Notes under the pieces: generated by a model | Seen by the model: only the letters and a program-made list of their open reading frames with translations | What the model was told of the DNA's origin: nothing | Database searches by the model: none | Program-made: the position numbers and the translations under genes | Shown: in pieces, positions 13,257 to 26,609 of the stretch | Numbering within the stretch: the stretch's first letter is position 1 | Layout of the letters: every line of letters starts with the position of its first letter | DNA from: Chiloscyllium plagiosum | Taxonomy: Eukaryota | Length of the DNA: 64,000 nt | NCBI RefSeq assembly: GCF_004010195.1 | Contig: NC_057751.1 | Span: 10,737,831-10,801,830, forward strand | Direction of reading: 5' to 3'

Positions 13257-14943
13257 TGCTTGAGGGGCTGAATTGCCTTTTCCTGTTCATGTTTATTATT
13301 TTCTATTTGTGCAGTAATCTTTGACACAACACATAATGACATCATTTGGCTAAAAGCTCTGCTTAAAACCTACGTTGTTGGCTCAATGTTGAAAGTAGAA
13401 AAGGAGGTCAAGAGAGTTTGAGATTTCAGAAGAGCGGTCCAGAGTGTCAGCAGCCGAAAGCATGGCCGTCAGTGTTGCAATACTGTAAATCAGCACTCTT
13501 CAAGAGACCAGAATTGGATTCCTTGGAGTTTCCAGCAGCATCACTTTTGTTTCGATTGCAGTTTCTTGGAAATCTTGCATGATTTTTTTTGTCAGTTTGG
13601 AGTAAAATCCCCACTCACTGTATTCCTGTCTTTTGAATAGATTGGGATTGTGGGAGACAAAAGTATACTTGTCTAATGAGAGAATCAAGTGGGCTATTAT
13701 TTCATCCAAAGATACAAAGAGGTTCAGGTTTGTTGGATTTGGTGCATGCAAATCTGAAGAAAATGTGCTTGAAAAGGCACTTTCTCACAGCAGTACATTG
13801 ACTCTCTGGACAGTTTCATAATGAAAGCCACAAATACAACTTTGTCCATCACAAGCTTTGTTCTCCATCTCAGTGCAAATGATAATCGAATAAAGGCATT
13901 AACATTTAACTTAGTTGAAAGGTTCCAGTGAATAGGGTGAATTGGTGTTGTTTGGGATGATTTTTGTGACATCAGTCATCCCCGAAAACGTCTGTGAATC
14001 TTTAATGTTGTGCATGATTTGGCAGAGTGTTGTTGACATACAGTCTGTGAAGGTTAATTAAATCCTGCTTGAAATGAAATTCCGGCTGTGTTCGTTTCAG
14101 TTGTTACGAAGCTCGATGAGTTGACACTGCGGGAGTCTGGTCCTGCAGTGAGCTGACATGCCACTTGTAGAGCTTTCAAATGGAAACTGTGCCCTTCTTG
14201 TTTTTCTCATCAGCACTTGTTGCCTTGTCCTCCTCTTTATCCTCTCTTGCGTACATCCTCAACCAAAGGAACAAATTGGCAACAATTCCGAAAAAGCTTA
14301 GTGCTGCCTGCTAAGGTAGGCTGAGTTATTTGTTGTGTGGAAGAGACCCCTCTGTGAACATTTGAGCAGGAACATTTGTCCTAACCCTACATGTAAACAG
14401 TGTGCGCATCACGTCCCTTTCTGGTCGCAGCCTGCATCCCCTTCAGGCAACTGTTCTAGCCATCCTCACTGAGCTGAGAACACAGCCTGACAGTTTACCA
14501 GGAGGTCATTGCACCTGGCTGGTCCCCACCTCAGGGCCTCCTCATTCAGAACTCCAAATGGAAGCCATCAGATCCTAGCAAGCTGCTCCTGAAAAGCTGA
14601 AACTGAGACCTGGGTGTTTTCCTGGTTGCTGTTGAAGTGATTTTACATGTTACCTCCTCTCCTCTGCTTCCCCTGCACCAGCGACTCTCAGGAATGATAA
14701 AAATAGTTCTGACTAACACACTGCAGGAAACCTTCTTGGAGATGAGTGTGCAGTCTGAAAGGGAAATTATCAAAAGCTAAATCCCTTCACCTTTGGAGTC
14801 TTTGCTTCAGGTTCTTTGACCTGTCCATTCCCTGTGTGACTTCAATCTGGTTGCAAATATCGTGTTGCTTTCTGCCCTGTCATTATTTCTTCTTATTTCC
14901 TTGGCACAGAACGACAATGTCTTGAATTAGTGGATAATTCAAG

Positions 14944-15115
14944 TGAAATAACTGCACAGCGGCCGGTACCCCGTCACCAAGTCAACCTTGATTTAAAAGT
15001 AGCTCAAAGTCAGTTCTCAACTGAGGAGATTCTTAGGTCCTGGTTATGTTGGCCAGCCAAGGCTTTCCTGATTGGTCCAGGTCAATAACCCCAATCAATG
15101 ACCCAGCTGACCAAG
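14944..15115 (-). mobile_element. LTR-like element fragment, same family as 56310-56760
   Basis: tgaaataactgcacagcggccggtaccccgtcaccaagtcaacc is the reverse complement of the end of the 56310-56760 element. Confidence 0.55.
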
Positions 15116-15496
15116 TTAACCACCATCACCACACACACACACACACCCTGCCCTCCCACAACTCCGTCACTGGTGCAATAAACCAGCACATAACTTATCC
15201 AGGATGCAGAAAGTGGATTCTACAATGTTCACTGATACCTTGCCATTTACAGCACTTTGAAAGGATGTACTGTAGCTGATGCTAATGACACCCTGGGAAT
15301 TCCAGCAAGTCACATATGTTACCAGCTTAATATGTTCCTTGATTTGTACTTAAGTACCATCTTATGATAACATCAGATTATATTAATGTACTCCCATTCA
15401 TATATTCAGATGTTCCCAAAGTGGACAGCCATGTTACCAAACTAAGTGTGACACTGAGACACAGAAGAGGAAAGAACAAGGTAGATTTTAAGGAAC

Positions 15497-15712
15497 GAAG
15501 TGTATGGTGCTGGAAAAACACAGCAGGTCAGGCAGCATCCGAGGAGCTGGAGAGTTGACATTTCAAGCCTAAGCTCTTCATCATCAGGAAGAAGAGTTTA
15601 TGCTCGAAATCTTGACTCTCCTGCTCCTCCGATGCTGCCTGACCTGCTGTGTTTTTCCAGCACCATACTCTTTGACTCTGATCTCCAGCATCTACAGTCC
15701 TCACTTTCTCCG
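15497..15712. mobile_element. Foldback (hairpin) Penelope-like 3'-end element, subfamily A
   Basis: About 85-bp inverted arms around ~15585, terminal ctctgatctccagcatctacagtcctcactttctcc; 14-bp TSD agattttaaggaac / agattttaatgaac. Confidence 0.85.
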
Positions 15713-18604
15713 AGATTTTAATGAACACCTTTTAAAAAAGCTGACAAAGGTCGAGAAATTCAGACAGGGAGGGAAACGTCAAGGATTAGGACTCAAAGTA
15801 GGTGAGCGTGATGGGGAATGCTGGCTAAGCCATGGACGGTTGATGTGTTCTCCTTCATAATGTTGCTCCTTCAAACTGTGTAGGCACTCATACCTCCCTC
15901 ATGGCTGAGTGTCAAAATTTGTCTGTTCACGTCTCAGTGAAATATTCTATACAATAAAACTGTTTATTGATGCAAGTGTTCTCGTGTTTAATGATTAATG
16001 AGTAAGTTTATCTGTGATTGAGAGGGTATTCACGCCATTGATGAGGTAATTTGCAGAGCAAAAGGTGGACAAAAGCCTTTGACAGAACTATGGTGGATTT
16101 AACAATTGAACCTCATCAGTGCTCAGCATGCAGGAGTAATTGCATCAACCGTCCTGGATTAATCCAGAAAACGGTATGAAATTGTCTGATTAAGCGGTGA
16201 TTGTAGGGGAAGTTAACTCAAAGCAGATTTTCACATCTGCAGTTTTGTGCTGATCTTCTTAATTATATTCCAAAAGATTGTTTTTTGTGTGGTGGCAGGG
16301 CAACTTTGAAGATTTTTGATGATTGATTCAAGATCATTTGAGATTTCGCAAAACAAGCATAAATTATCGGTGTTAGTCTACTTTAGAGGCAAATTACAGA
16401 GGAAACTGAGCAAATTCCTTTTGGCTTGGAGGGCAAGTGAGCTGTTTGGTCTGGCACTGGCACCAACACATGGGAAACTATGTTCATTGCTTGTCAGTAA
16501 ATGGTTCAGGGGGGGACTGGAGTCTGTACATGTTCTAGCTCAGCGTATTTCAGTCACATGATCACTGCTAAATGGGGCACTGCTTGTTTGTGTAAACCTG
16601 AAGCCCAGTGTTGGTGAGTAACAGTTGTTGAGTGAGTAATCCATTTCACTTCAGTGTAAGTGTGAAGCTCACCAAGTGGAGCTTCGTGAATGTGTTTATT
16701 TGCTCATTTTTCTGTAAAGTGACTAAAGTTTAGTGTAAGATGCCCACTTGTCTTGAAGTGAACTATGTGTCAGCAAATTTCTACTGAGACTCATTTACAT
16801 TATGGGTTATAGAAGACTCCGATCTTGTCTTCAACAGAAAATGAATAAAAATTGGATTTGCTTCAGTTCATTTTGTCTTGCCTCTTGCCAGTACCAGGAA
16901 TTTGAGAGGTTTACTCTTTTCATTGGTTAGTTGGAGGAAAATGACAGACCCCACCTTCTGAGTCTGCCCTGTGGGCTAGGATTGAAAACTGGTTTTCAGC
17001 TGGTTAAGTAAGTCAGGATGCAGCCAGTTGAATGCTCAGTTTTTCAACTGAACATGTGATTAGGAGCAGGAGAAGGCAATTTGGTTTCTCAATCCTACAC
17101 TGTCACTCAAGAAGATCATGTCTGATTGGGTTGTGACATCAATTCCATGTTTTCACCAAGCCCTATCACCTGTGTCTCCCTTGTTAATGAATCATGGTTC
17201 CATTGCTACCCATCAAGATATTCACTAACTGTGCCTCCTCTGCTATGGAGGTGAGCTCCAGAGTCTTGCAATACTTGGAAAGAAATAAATTCTTCTCACC
17301 TGGGCCGATGTGGAAAACATTTAAACTTTGTCTGCTAGTTCTGTTCTCTGCTTGGGGTGGCAAGGCAATTCAAATTGGAGAATAGCCTTTGTGAATCTTT
17401 GTGTCGTGTCTCATATTTTCTGTTGCAACAAGTCTGCTTACTGTCATTTAGTCACACACTCAGTTCGAAGAGGTAACGTTCAGTAATGCATTTTTTTCTC
17501 TTCTCTGAACTTTGTGTATTCCTTGAAAACGAGAACTTTCAGATAGTGGCTTCTCAAGAGCCAGAACCCAAGACATCACCCACATTGTTTTGAAAACGCA
17601 ATGATCATCATTAATTGTTTTTGTTCCGTAAGATTTAAAAATTAACTCAGATACAACCAAATTAAAATGATCAGTCCTTTAGATTAGGTGGGAGTTGCAA
17701 AGAATTGGATGTTATGTTTGATTTTCCATTTGTTCCTTCCACGTGTGTGAGCTGACTTTCATGTGAGTCCGGTTTGAAGACAAAAGGATCTAGGCTGGAT
17801 GGTGTTGACAGCACAGAAGAAATCGGAGTTGAATGCTGAGTTGATGGTTTTTACACAAGTGGAGATATAGGTGCTTCTTTTCAAGCCTCGTTGCCATCGT
17901 GCTGTTGAGGCATTCAGAGCATTCACAATGGTTAAAAACCAGAACCCACTTTCAAGAACCAGACCTAAATTATGATCATTCAAAACCTGTTGTCCCTTTT
18001 TGCAGCATGAATTGGGCACATTAGAAGTGGAAATTTCCACTGAAAAGACAACCTGAAATGATTTTATTTTCTATTCATTCAAGATGGAGATTGCATTGAC
18101 TTGTTTTCCTCTGAGGGTTTAGTGCTTGGAGCCGTCCTTACCATTGAGCAGTGGAGGTAGGGTCATGCAGTATTTTGAAGGCAGAGGCGTACTTGTAGTG
18201 AGCAAGGGATTGAAAGGTTATTAGGGTCAGGTGGGAATGTGGGTTGAGATCACCATCAAATAAGGCATGATCTCAGTGAATGGTCGAGCAAGCGACAGGA
18301 GCAGGTGCGAGCAGTCTAGACCTGCTCATTTGTTTGTTTGTATTTTCCTCCATTTAGTGGTTGTGAATTGTAACCACTGTTGGGATGTAACAAAGCACAG
18401 TGGCCAGTTTACACATGGAATGTTTTATGAACGGTGACTTGTCATGCTGTTTGAGAGATAATTGCAGGCCAAGACAGTGGAAAGAAGTTTCGCCTTCTCA
18501 GCAAAACTATAGAAACATCTCTTGCCTAGAGGGCAGCCAGGTAGTGCATACTTTGCTATGGTGGATGGGCAAGCATTGTACATAATGTACAGCAATGACA
18601 TGCC

Positions 18605-19231
18605 TGTTATAGACCAGGCCAGACCCCCCAAAAACATGTCAAGCAAGTCGCCCAGACCCTAACTTTGCTGGTTATTTTAGGCAGGTCTAGCGCAGATATT
18701 TTAAGAGGCATGCAGCTGGTCAAACCACTTGGTTTAAAACAAAACAGAATTTATTGACAAGATTACAGAGTGAAACACAAATAAAAGAATACAGAATACC
18801 TTAATCTATCTGAAACTGAGCAGATTATACCAATTTAATGATGCTGTTCCAAATACTTGCACAATCCCCATAAATACCCCTTGCATGAAAGGTAAATTCA
18901 AACACAGGTTCTTACAGGAGAGATGTCAGACAGATGGAGGATCAGTATGGGCTTGCTTCTGTGGGTCTAGCAGCTTCACAACTGACTGCTTGCTAAAACT
19001 AAACCAAACCAGAGAAAAGCTGAGCTGGGACAACAGGCCACTCCCCTTTCAATGTACAAGAGTTTTTAAAAAAAGTTGAAAGCTTTCTGCCTGAGGCGGT
19101 ATCTATTAGCTATTATCAAATTGGCCCTGAAACCTTTCAAATCCAGACTTTTTGGAACCCGTGTCTTTATGGCCTCCTGAAAAGAAAAACCAAGGATAAC
19201 TTAATCTTGTTCAAGGACCAGCATCCTCACA
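18605..19231 (-). mobile_element. Solo LTR (Gypsy-like) with perfect 4-bp TSD
   Basis: tgttatagaccaggcc...ggaccagcatcctcaca flanked by tgcc (18601-18604) and tgcc (19232-19235). Confidence 0.85.
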
Positions 19232-19677
19232 TGCCATTTAGTCCAACAGCCTGTGCTGCTCTTTAATATGCACATGAGCCTTCTCCTGCCCTTTTAGAAA
19301 CTTAGAATTGAGGAGCAGGAAGAGGCCATTTGGTCTATTCAACGTGACCATGGCTGATCGCGATGCCCGAGTATTTATCCCGTAAATAAAGTATAATATT
19401 GATGTGAATACATCCTGCATTACATTCATATTTAATGGGTGATTTGACATGAATTTCGGGAGGTGTCTTGGTGTTTTTATAGAGATTATTTGAGGGATGG
19501 TTGATGTCTTGAAGCTTCACTTGGTCAGTGTTTACTGCAGTTGTGTGCCTCTTGATCATCTGTAATTTTGGTCATTGGGCACACTGCTGGTCCCATAGGT
19601 GATAGTTAATAAATGATTGGCTATACAAGGGTTTATATCCTTTTAAACCTTCCCTCCTCAGACCCATATCTAACTCA

Positions 19678-20024
19678 AAGAATCATAGAATCCTTCAGTG
19701 CGAAGAAAGCCATTCAGCCCATCAAGTCTGCACTGACCCTCCAAGAGCATCCCACCCAGACCAAGTTCCCCATCCCCTGTCTGCAATGCTGCATTTCCAT
19801 TACAGCAAAAGTCCCAAGTCCCCTAGCCTGCACAGCCCTTGACACTCTGGGCAATTTACTGTGGCCAAACCACATAACCTGCACATCTTTGGACTGTGAG
19901 AGAAAACCAGAGCACCTGGGAGAATGTGCAAACTCCACACATACAGTCACCCAAAGCTGGAGTTGAACCTGGGTCCCTGATGCTGTGAAGCAGCAGTGCT
20001 AACCACTGAGCCACTGTGCTGCCC
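19678..20024 (-). mobile_element. HE1-type SINE
   Basis: agaatcatagaatcc tail, cacatctttggactgtgagagaaaaccagagcacc core, gcagcagtgctaaccactgagccactgtgctgccc head. Confidence 0.85.
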
Positions 20025-20026
20025 AA

Positions 20027-20165
20027 GTGTGTGTGTGTGTGGCCGCTCTCTCTCTCTCTCTCTGACTGTCTGTCTGTCTGTCTCCCTCTTTCTCTCTTTC
20101 TGGTGCTCGATCTCTGTCTGTCACTCTGTCTCTGTCTCTCACGCTCTCTTTCTTTCTCTCTCTTC
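20027..20165. repeat. Compound (GT)n/(CT)n/(CTGT)n microsatellite
   Basis: Read directly. Confidence 0.9.
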
Positions 20166-20224
20166 CCCACCTCCCACCAATTCCTTCTTGAAGCAAACAA
20201 TGTTTTGGCTTCAGTTACGTGATG

Positions 20225-20505
20225 TGGCAAAGACTTCCTACTCTTTGGGTGAAGACATTTCTCCTCATCTCGGTCCTAAATTGCTCACTCCTTACCCTTC
20301 GAGGGTGACTCCGGGTTCTAGACTGCCCAGTTAATAGGAACATCCTTCCTGCAATTCCCCTGTCTAGTTCTGCTGAATTATATAAGACACGCACCACACC
20401 CCCTCACCCTCAATTCTTCTAAACTGAGTGAATATGGTTTGAACCGATCCATTCTTTTGTCGTATGTCAGCTGTCCCAGGAATCAGTCTGGTAAACATTT
20501 GTTTC
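20225..20505 (-). mobile_element. CR1 LINE ORF2 3' fragment
   Basis: ORF 20215..20397 GQSRTRSH...FRTEMRRNVFTQRV. Confidence 0.8.
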
Positions 20506-21649
20506 CGAAAGCAATCTTTTTCATTTGCAATTCCTTTCTTCTTTGTTCTTACCTTTCTTATCCTTAGATGATGGCTTCGCTTTCTCAACGCTTGGGAATT
20601 TTCAAAAGTGTTGCTTGGTGAACCAAAAATCAGGACCCTTCACCAGAGTCTGAATGTTTTTGTTTGTAACAAAAAGTTGAGGGTGCAAGCTGGAATAATG
20701 AAATCCTCAAGTGATCTTAAATGCAGGAACGTCAGGTGATTGTGGCCCTGAAACGTTTGTTAGCGGTGCACAGACAGTTCCAGTCCATTCATCAGCAGCT
20801 GATTCTGTAACTGCAGAATATGTAATTCAAGAAGAAGCTGGACCTGTGAAGCTATCTTAATGCATATTTTTAGCATCCTTTTGGGACTTCCGTCAAGAAA
20901 ATATAGCGGATGATTTGCAAATGTTTAAGTTGGCATCATCACGAGATTCACTGACGTAAACCCATAGGGCATGAAAAAGAAGTGAGTGATTTAATGTGGA
21001 AAGCATTCGCATTTTTTAACATTGAAACATATGCCACAAAATTGATTGTTATCATGCACAGCTGTCTAACATTGTGAAACTGTGTTTAAATTCAAAGCGA
21101 CCTGTCATAAAACCCAAGGAAACGATTGTCATATGAAGTTCAAAGTTGGAATCAGAGAGCATAAATCTAAAATTGAAAGAAACGTTTTGAGCTTCTTAAA
21201 TTGTGAACTTGGGATACCTGAAAACATTTCGCAGTCAGATTTTTGAAATATTATCTTAGTTAACAGAAGAGATAATTTTACACAATCAGATCCCACAAAT
21301 AGCCAAAATGTCTCTGGTCATTTTATCTATTTTAGTCGGTTTGGCAGAAAAGTAGAAGGATGCTTTGGATGATTTGTCACATTCATAGCACGTGGGCTCC
21401 TCTTTTTAACATCTCATCTGAAAGCTGGCATCTCTGTCACTGCAGTATTCCCTTAGTATAGCAATGATATGTTAGTGTCAGTACGTTTTTAATGTTCCCT
21501 ATTTCTTTCATCTCTTTCATTTGTATAACTGCTGCCCACCCTGTCTGTTCCTCTGATGGGCTCTGGTTTGCTCTCTGCTCAGAAAGATGCACATCCCTTC
21601 CAATCATGCAGCACTTTTTCAGGACTGTACCCCTTTTTTTCCTATATAT

Positions 21650-21750
21650 TAACCAATCAGCCTGTTCACAAAGGCTTTTACACACTACAGGTGGGACTTG
21701 AACTTGGGCCTCCTGGTTCAGATGTTGGGACATTACTACTGCACCATAAC
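21650..21750 (-). mobile_element. Short (~100 bp) tRNA-derived SINE
   Basis: Reverse strand tggtgcagtagt...aagttcaagtcccacctg...gaacaggctgatt; similar copies at about 31997-32232 (-, split) and 60075-60170 (+). Confidence 0.6.
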
Positions 21751-22237
21751 AGTACATGTTGGCTGACATTGCTAGCAATAACGTTTTGAAGCCTGATTGT
21801 AGTCAAAGCCCTCACAAAAATGGATTTGAACAAAATCAAAAGATTGCAGATGTTGGAAATCTGTAAGTATAAAAGAACAGCATATTTGGCAGATCCAACC
21901 ACATTTATGCAGCGAGGAGCAGAGAATGTTTCACATCTGTGTACTTCTGTCAATTGGTGACAACAGCACTTCAAGGAATGTTGAATATTTCAGAGACAGT
22001 TATAATAGTATGTTTCAAATTGAAAGTGGAATTTCACTTGAAATCCAAGTAAATTTAAGAGACACACTTAGTAAACAGGGTAAGAATTGGCTTTGATAAT
22101 TGATCAGAAATTGCAAAAAATACAAGCAAAGACACGCAAGATAAAACCGACGAAGAGGAAATCCTATCAAAGAGAAGAGTAGTGCACTGAGAGAAGAGAC
22201 CCAGGACTGAATTATACACTAACAGTATGAAGTAGTG

Positions 22238-22425
22238 CAGCTGCTGGAACTCTGAAATAAAAACAGAAAATGTTTTGAAATACTGAACAGACATGGCAGC
22301 ACCCATGGCGAAAGAAACAGCATTGACACTTAGTCTATGACCTTCATCAGAACCTTTGGTGCTGAAGAAAGGCTCCAGACCTGAAACTTCAATTATTTGC
22401 TCTCCCCAGATTCTCCCACAGCAGA
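22238..22425. mobile_element. Old foldback Penelope-like 3'-end element with back-to-back hammerhead-like cores
   Basis: ccttcatcagaac-ctttg-gtgCTGAAGAaaggctccagacctGAAAc; left part resembles the subfamily B terminus (gctggaactctgaaataaaaacagaaaatg). Confidence 0.6.
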
Positions 22426-23077
22426 GTTGGACCAGTGTATTGATTGCAAAATCTCAGAACAGAACTTGAACAGACCCATTTCTCAGAGTACATCTTTCTT
22501 GTGTGAGTAGCGCTGTCTGTTTGAATGCAGTCATTTCTGAAGGATTAGTGTTTAAAGGGAGAAAGGAAGCAGACTTCTATTTATGTAGTACCTTTCACTC
22601 AAGGTTGTGAAGTGCTGTGTCGCACTTCTGAAGTCTAATCGCTGTCAGACTATCCAATCACTAACCAATGTGGGAGCAACATGGGCTCTGTGTAAAGGAT
22701 TTGTTTTAACTGTGTCATGAAGCTCACTCCTTAGAGCAGGTGCTTTCATAATTAGGATTTGCTTTTTATTTTACATAATGATTTGAATCATTAAATATTT
22801 GCAAATTGTGCAACTTGAATCTTCCGTTTATTGAGCATTATGTAATTTGATTGTTCCCGCTTTTCATTTTCTCAGTTTCTATCTTAAAGACGTGCAGCAC
22901 AGAAGAGACTTTTCAGCCAGTTTCATCTGCACCGATCTGCTGAGTCTTAACTTGCATTTGCACAAATCTTTAAGATGGAGCCACAACCTCAGGTACAAAG
23001 AAAGGTGGTTTAAATGGGGTAATGGCAATTTTCGTCAACCAAATGTTGACTCTGTTGCAGTTGAGATCTGGGAAAAT

Positions 23078-23262
23078 CACACAATCCCAACTGTACAGAG
23101 AGGGGCCATTTGGCCTGTCGAGTCTGCACCAACTCTGAGAGCAGCTCACTGCTGCCCTCCTACTCCTGGAATCCCTATTTAGCATGGCTAATCCACAGAG
23201 TCTACACATCTTTGCACACTACAGGGTAATGCAGCCTAGACCATCCACTTAAACTTACATAT
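23078..23262 (-). mobile_element. HE1-type SINE, 3' portion
   Basis: ggccatttggcctgtcgagtctgcaccaactct...gcatggctaatccac...cacatcttt. Confidence 0.7.
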
Positions 23263-23276
23263 CTTCGAATGGCAGA

Positions 23277-23620
23277 TGGTGGCATTATGGTCTCAGTGGA
23301 TTCGGAATATACAGGGCCCAGGTGAAAGACAAACAGACTTGGGTTCAAATTCCACCACAGCAGCTTCAAGGTGGAACTTAAATTCCATTCTTGAATCAGG
23401 AAAATGAAGCTACCTTCAGTGATAACCCTGATAACCATCATGGAATTGCATAAAACCCGGTTCACAGAGGACCTTTATGGAATCTGTGGCCTCCATGTGA
23501 TACCAAATCCACAGCAATATGGTTGGCTCTTGCAACTGCACTTTTAAATGGTGTAACAAGCCACCCGTTGTCGGGGTTGAGCAATAAATGCTCACCATCC
23601 CACATTGTGCTGTCATGGGA
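23277..23620 (+). mobile_element. tRNA-derived SINE (second family) with CR1-like LINE tail
   Basis: B box gggttcaaattcc, body ccacagcaatatggttggctcttgcaactg, tail gcaataaatgct...catccc; homologous copies at 30587, 39185 and 42205. Confidence 0.7.
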
Positions 23621-24444
23621 ATGTGGGACATTCCAGAGCTTACAATAAATCATTGTAAAGGTATGGGAACTCAGTAGTATGGCCAGTGCAAAAGTGCCAC
23701 TGGCCTGCTACATAGATTCACTGGTGTGTGGTTTGTTGATGATAGGTTGGGGTACCACACACACCAGAGGGATCCAGCATTGAGAATTTGTCTCAGTATG
23801 CTCACATTGACTTGTTTTCACAAGTCCTTTTGATTTGAATAACATACAAGATACTCTTCCTTCTCAATGCAGGTGCCTCTACAATTGAGGAGAGATTTTA
23901 TTTTCACTGTTCAATTATGTCTTTCTTTTAAAACTATGTCATTATCCCAAATGCAGAAGATGAAGGTTACTGATTAAGGTAGCATGGACTTTGTGTTTGT
24001 GATTGAACCTACTTTCAAAATGTATGTGTTCGGATGCCAACTTTGCAGAATACTTTGAGGTTGGTTCGATGAGATGCTTTATTTGCTTGTGAAGTCAAGG
24101 TTTTGTTCAGTGGTTTTTAACTTTGTAACGAGTTTGCACTTGGTCGACTTTTTTAAATAAATAAGTGCAAAGTCACAGTCTTCTCTGTAGTGTTGAGTTG
24201 CAATTAAATGAGAGTCAGAGTTGTCTCCAAGAGTAGCTTTGATTGCCTCAAAGGATTAAGACTGAGTTGTTTTCCTGTTTTTTTTTCCCTTACTTAGCAT
24301 GGGTTTTTATCTAGACTTTATCACATGGGTGTTGGTTGGGGCAGGGAATGAATGTATTCTGATGCACGAGGCCTTGCAGTTCTGAGGTTATGTTGGATGA
24401 ATTAGTGGCTTTCTCCTGCTTGGGTACATTGGGATATTTGGACA

Positions 24445-25287
24445 TGGATTTTTGACTTCCTCACCAACAGACTGCAGTCAGTCGGGACAGGCAACAACAC
24501 CTCATTCACAATAGTCCTCAGTACTCAGCCCCTCACTATACTCCTTATACACATGACAGTGAGGCCAAACGCTACACCAACTCCATTTACAAGTTTGTCG
24601 ATAATACCACTATTGTAAATTGGATCTCACACAACAATGAGAAGGAGTACAGGCAAGAGATTGAGTGCATAATGGCATGTTCTAAAGACAAACATCTCTC
24701 CAGCAACATAAGCAAAATGAAGGAGCTGGCCATTGATTTCAGGAGGTAGAGTGGAGGGCACAGCCTTGTCTGCATCATTAGTACGAGATGGAGATGGTTG
24801 AGAATGTCAAATTGCTGGGAGTGACGAGTACCAACAATCTGTCCTGGTGCACCCATGTTGACACTAAGGTCAAGAAAGAACAGCAATGCATCTACTTCCT
24901 CGGGAGGCTGAGGAAATTCGGCATGTCCGCAAGGACTCCGAGCAATTTTTGTAGATGCCCCATTGAAAGCATCCTGGCTGGTCGCATCACAGCTTGGTAT
25001 GGCGAGCACTGTTCCCAAGCCCCCAAAAAACTACAGAGAGTTGTGAACACAGCTCAGTCCATCAAGAAAACCAGCTTCCCATCCTTTTACATCATCAATA
25101 CTTCCCATTGCATCGGGAAAGCAACCAATGTAATCCAAGACCCCTCCCACCCCGGTTATGTGCTCTTCCACCCTCTTCCGTTGGTCAGAAGACATCACAG
25201 TTTGTATGCACATACCAACAGATTCAAGAACAACTTCATCTCTGCTATTCCCAGACTTTTGAATGGATCTCTCTCTCTCTCGCTCGC

Positions 25288-25325
<38 letters not shown>

Positions 25326-25465
25326 CCCACACCTTGGTAGCTGTAACATTGTATCCTGCACTCTGTCCTGTTACCCTGATGCACTTGTATAGTGTGATCT
25401 GACTGTAAAGCATGAAAGACAGCACTTTTCACTGTACCTTGGTGCACATTGCAATAATAAATCAA
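24445..25465 (+). mobile_element. Rex1/Babar-type LINE, 3' portion (decayed RT C-terminus plus 3' UTR)
   Basis: KF(V)DNTTIV...NNEKEYRQEIE, KMKELAIDFR; ORF 24788..25402 VENVKLLGV..TNNLSW...FLGRLRKFGM...IESILAGRITAWYG...KKLQRVVNTAQ...DPSHP; tail cttttcactgtacc...aataaa. Confidence 0.85.
25267..25324. repeat. (CT)n(CGCT)n microsatellite inside the Rex1 3' UTR
   Basis: Read directly. Confidence 0.9.
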
Positions 25466-26067
25466 ACCACATTACAAATGTATCTGAGCAGGAAAAAGCC
25501 TTTAATTCATCCAACACACCAACAGAACTGCAGGGCTTCACACATCAAAATATATTCACTCCTTGCCCCATCCAACAGCCATGAAAAACTGATAGTTTCT
25601 TCATGCATTCTTCAAGTGCACATGTGAACCAAAACATAATCTAAGATGCACGTAAACAGATTCAAAACACATAAACAGGTCCATAATGTTTCAGAACTTC
25701 TCCTGACCTTAGGGAGAGAGTGGTTGAGGGGGCAAGGGGAATTGCCTAGAATCTCTCTGAATTAAATGGAGAACAGGTTCTCTTGATCCACCTATCAAGT
25801 GTGAGGACTTTGAGAAGAGAAAATACCGAACTGAACTAACATGGCAAGCAAATTTTATTCTTTCTTCCTTCTGTTTATGAATGTATCTTTTGCTTTTTTA
25901 TAGCTCCATTTTTACCTTGGTATCTTTCTGAGCAGTCTAAGTATTTGCAGGTATTTTCCAACCATTCCTTGAGCCATCAAAATCAAATGAATTTACAATC
26001 AGTTTCGCACTGTTGCTGATGTTCTCAGAAATGCAAGGTTCCTGCATTCCAATTCCCTGTGGGTTGA

Positions 26068-26157
<90 letters not shown>

Positions 26158-26609
26158 TAATGAGGTCTGGAGTGTGAAATCTGTTCACACTGAATTGTTT
26201 CATGATTCAATGAAAAGTGACAAAATTCAATAGCAAGTCTGGCAGATGGCTCTATATAGACATGTCAGTTAGCTTCTTGTCAAAAAAGCTTTGTTTAAGC
26301 AGTAGCATGCAACAAAGAGGAAGAGATGTGCTGCCTTCCCAAAGGACAAAGATCTGGTTGGGTGCTCACACATGTGGATGGCTGCAATGTCAAGTGGATG
26401 GAAATGTGCTCACGAATATTTAAGCAGTCACAGATATGGCATGTGGGAAAATGCAACGTTCCTGGACTTAGCCAAATAAGGGTCAATCCATGAGGAGGTA
26501 TAATCTGCAGGCATCTGGTCCAAACAAATTACAGATGGACAGAACTTGGCGTGTGTATGTATGGGGCAGGAGGAGAGCTAGGAACAGAGAATTACCAGCA
26601 TTTAAATAT

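Noticed and set aside
24788..25402. 204-aa ORF as a host or domesticated gene
   Set aside because: It is the C-terminal part of a Rex1/Babar ORF, preceded by a stop and frameshifts and extended through a microsatellite.
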